A DNA stretch of 64,000 bases from Gammaproteobacteria bacterium. Lineage in GTDB: Bacteria > Pseudomonadota > Gammaproteobacteria > GRL18. Both the position numbers and the translations under genes were made by a program. The notes beneath the pieces were generated by a model that saw only the letters and a program-made list of their open reading frames with translations, made no database searches and was not told the DNA's origin. This document shows positions 63,804 to 64,000 of this stretch, piece after piece (position 1 is the stretch's first letter; each line of letters opens with the position of its first letter). The stretch spans positions 745-64,744 of the forward strand of contig WFNB01000025.1 in NCBI GenBank assembly GCA_015488755.1, given 5' to 3'.

Positions 63804-64000
63804 CTATTCTGATGTGATTAATTTGTCTAAATATTTCTCAACTTTCATTTCCAAAGTTACTAATTTTCCTTTATAAAAAACACTATTGATTATCCAGGGA
63901 ATTGGCATATTATGCCCGTCCTCTTTGTTTTTTATATGATTTAATGTAAGAGGTATATTATTATTTTTTGAATATTCTCTAAGCAATTTATTCGTATAGT
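63804..64000 (-). CDS. C-terminal part of a hypothetical protein, open at the window edge
   Basis: The frame stays open to base 64000 and the listed first codon is TTG. The PIPWIINSVFYKGKLV pattern faintly recalls YoaP-like domains, but that is unproven. Confidence 0.35.
   Translation of the reverse strand, partial: YTNKLLREYSKNNNIPLTLNHIKNKEDGHNMPIPWIINSVFYKGKLVTLEMKVEKYLDKLITSE

Overview
This is a 64-kb chromosomal segment from a low-GC gammaproteobacterium (about 40% GC by eye). Phosphoribulokinase, a Tat-exported DsrE-like protein, nitrate-sensor chemotaxis genes, and PEP-CTERM, Calx-beta, DUF4214 and Uma2 proteins suggest a Thiotrichales-type autotroph or sulfur bacterium. The taxon cannot be fixed from the sequence alone. 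I count roughly 55 credible protein genes, mostly core: gmd-fcl, amgK-murU, prk, purD, sbcDC, hrcA-grpE-dnaK-dnaJ, dapB, leuS-lptE-holA, proA, priA, an EF-G paralogue and ybiT. I recognised no rRNA, tRNA, CRISPR array, integrase or transposase. Notable content: (1) A family of structured ~150-bp intergenic elements: two near-identical copies have terminal inverted repeats and different 9-nt flanking direct repeats (MITE signature), plus a diverged copy with compensatory stem changes and a truncated copy. (2) A GC-rich REP-like hairpin family. (3) Two overlapping protease genes (serralysin-type and trypsin-type) that share a duplicated C-terminal Calx-beta module and lack signal peptides. (4) A Tat-DsrE-like plus class-II cytochrome c pair inserted between dnaJ and dapB. 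(5) A divergent nitrate-sensing pair: a double PilJ-domain periplasmic protein and a NIT-domain MCP. (6) A TetR / AhpD-like / TauD-like cluster with two matching palindromic operator candidates. (7) A two-gene block that looks compositionally distinct (higher GC by eye): a lipoprotein-type PhoX-family phosphatase behind a near-consensus Pho box, plus an uncharacterised lipoprotein with two CxxCH motifs. It sits next to a two-component system and an EF-hand lipoprotein. (8) A decayed inverted paralogue fragment of an MDR dehydrogenase. I found no system that is demonstrably new. The mobile structured element family and the PhoX / di-CxxCH lipoprotein module are the best candidates for follow-up.
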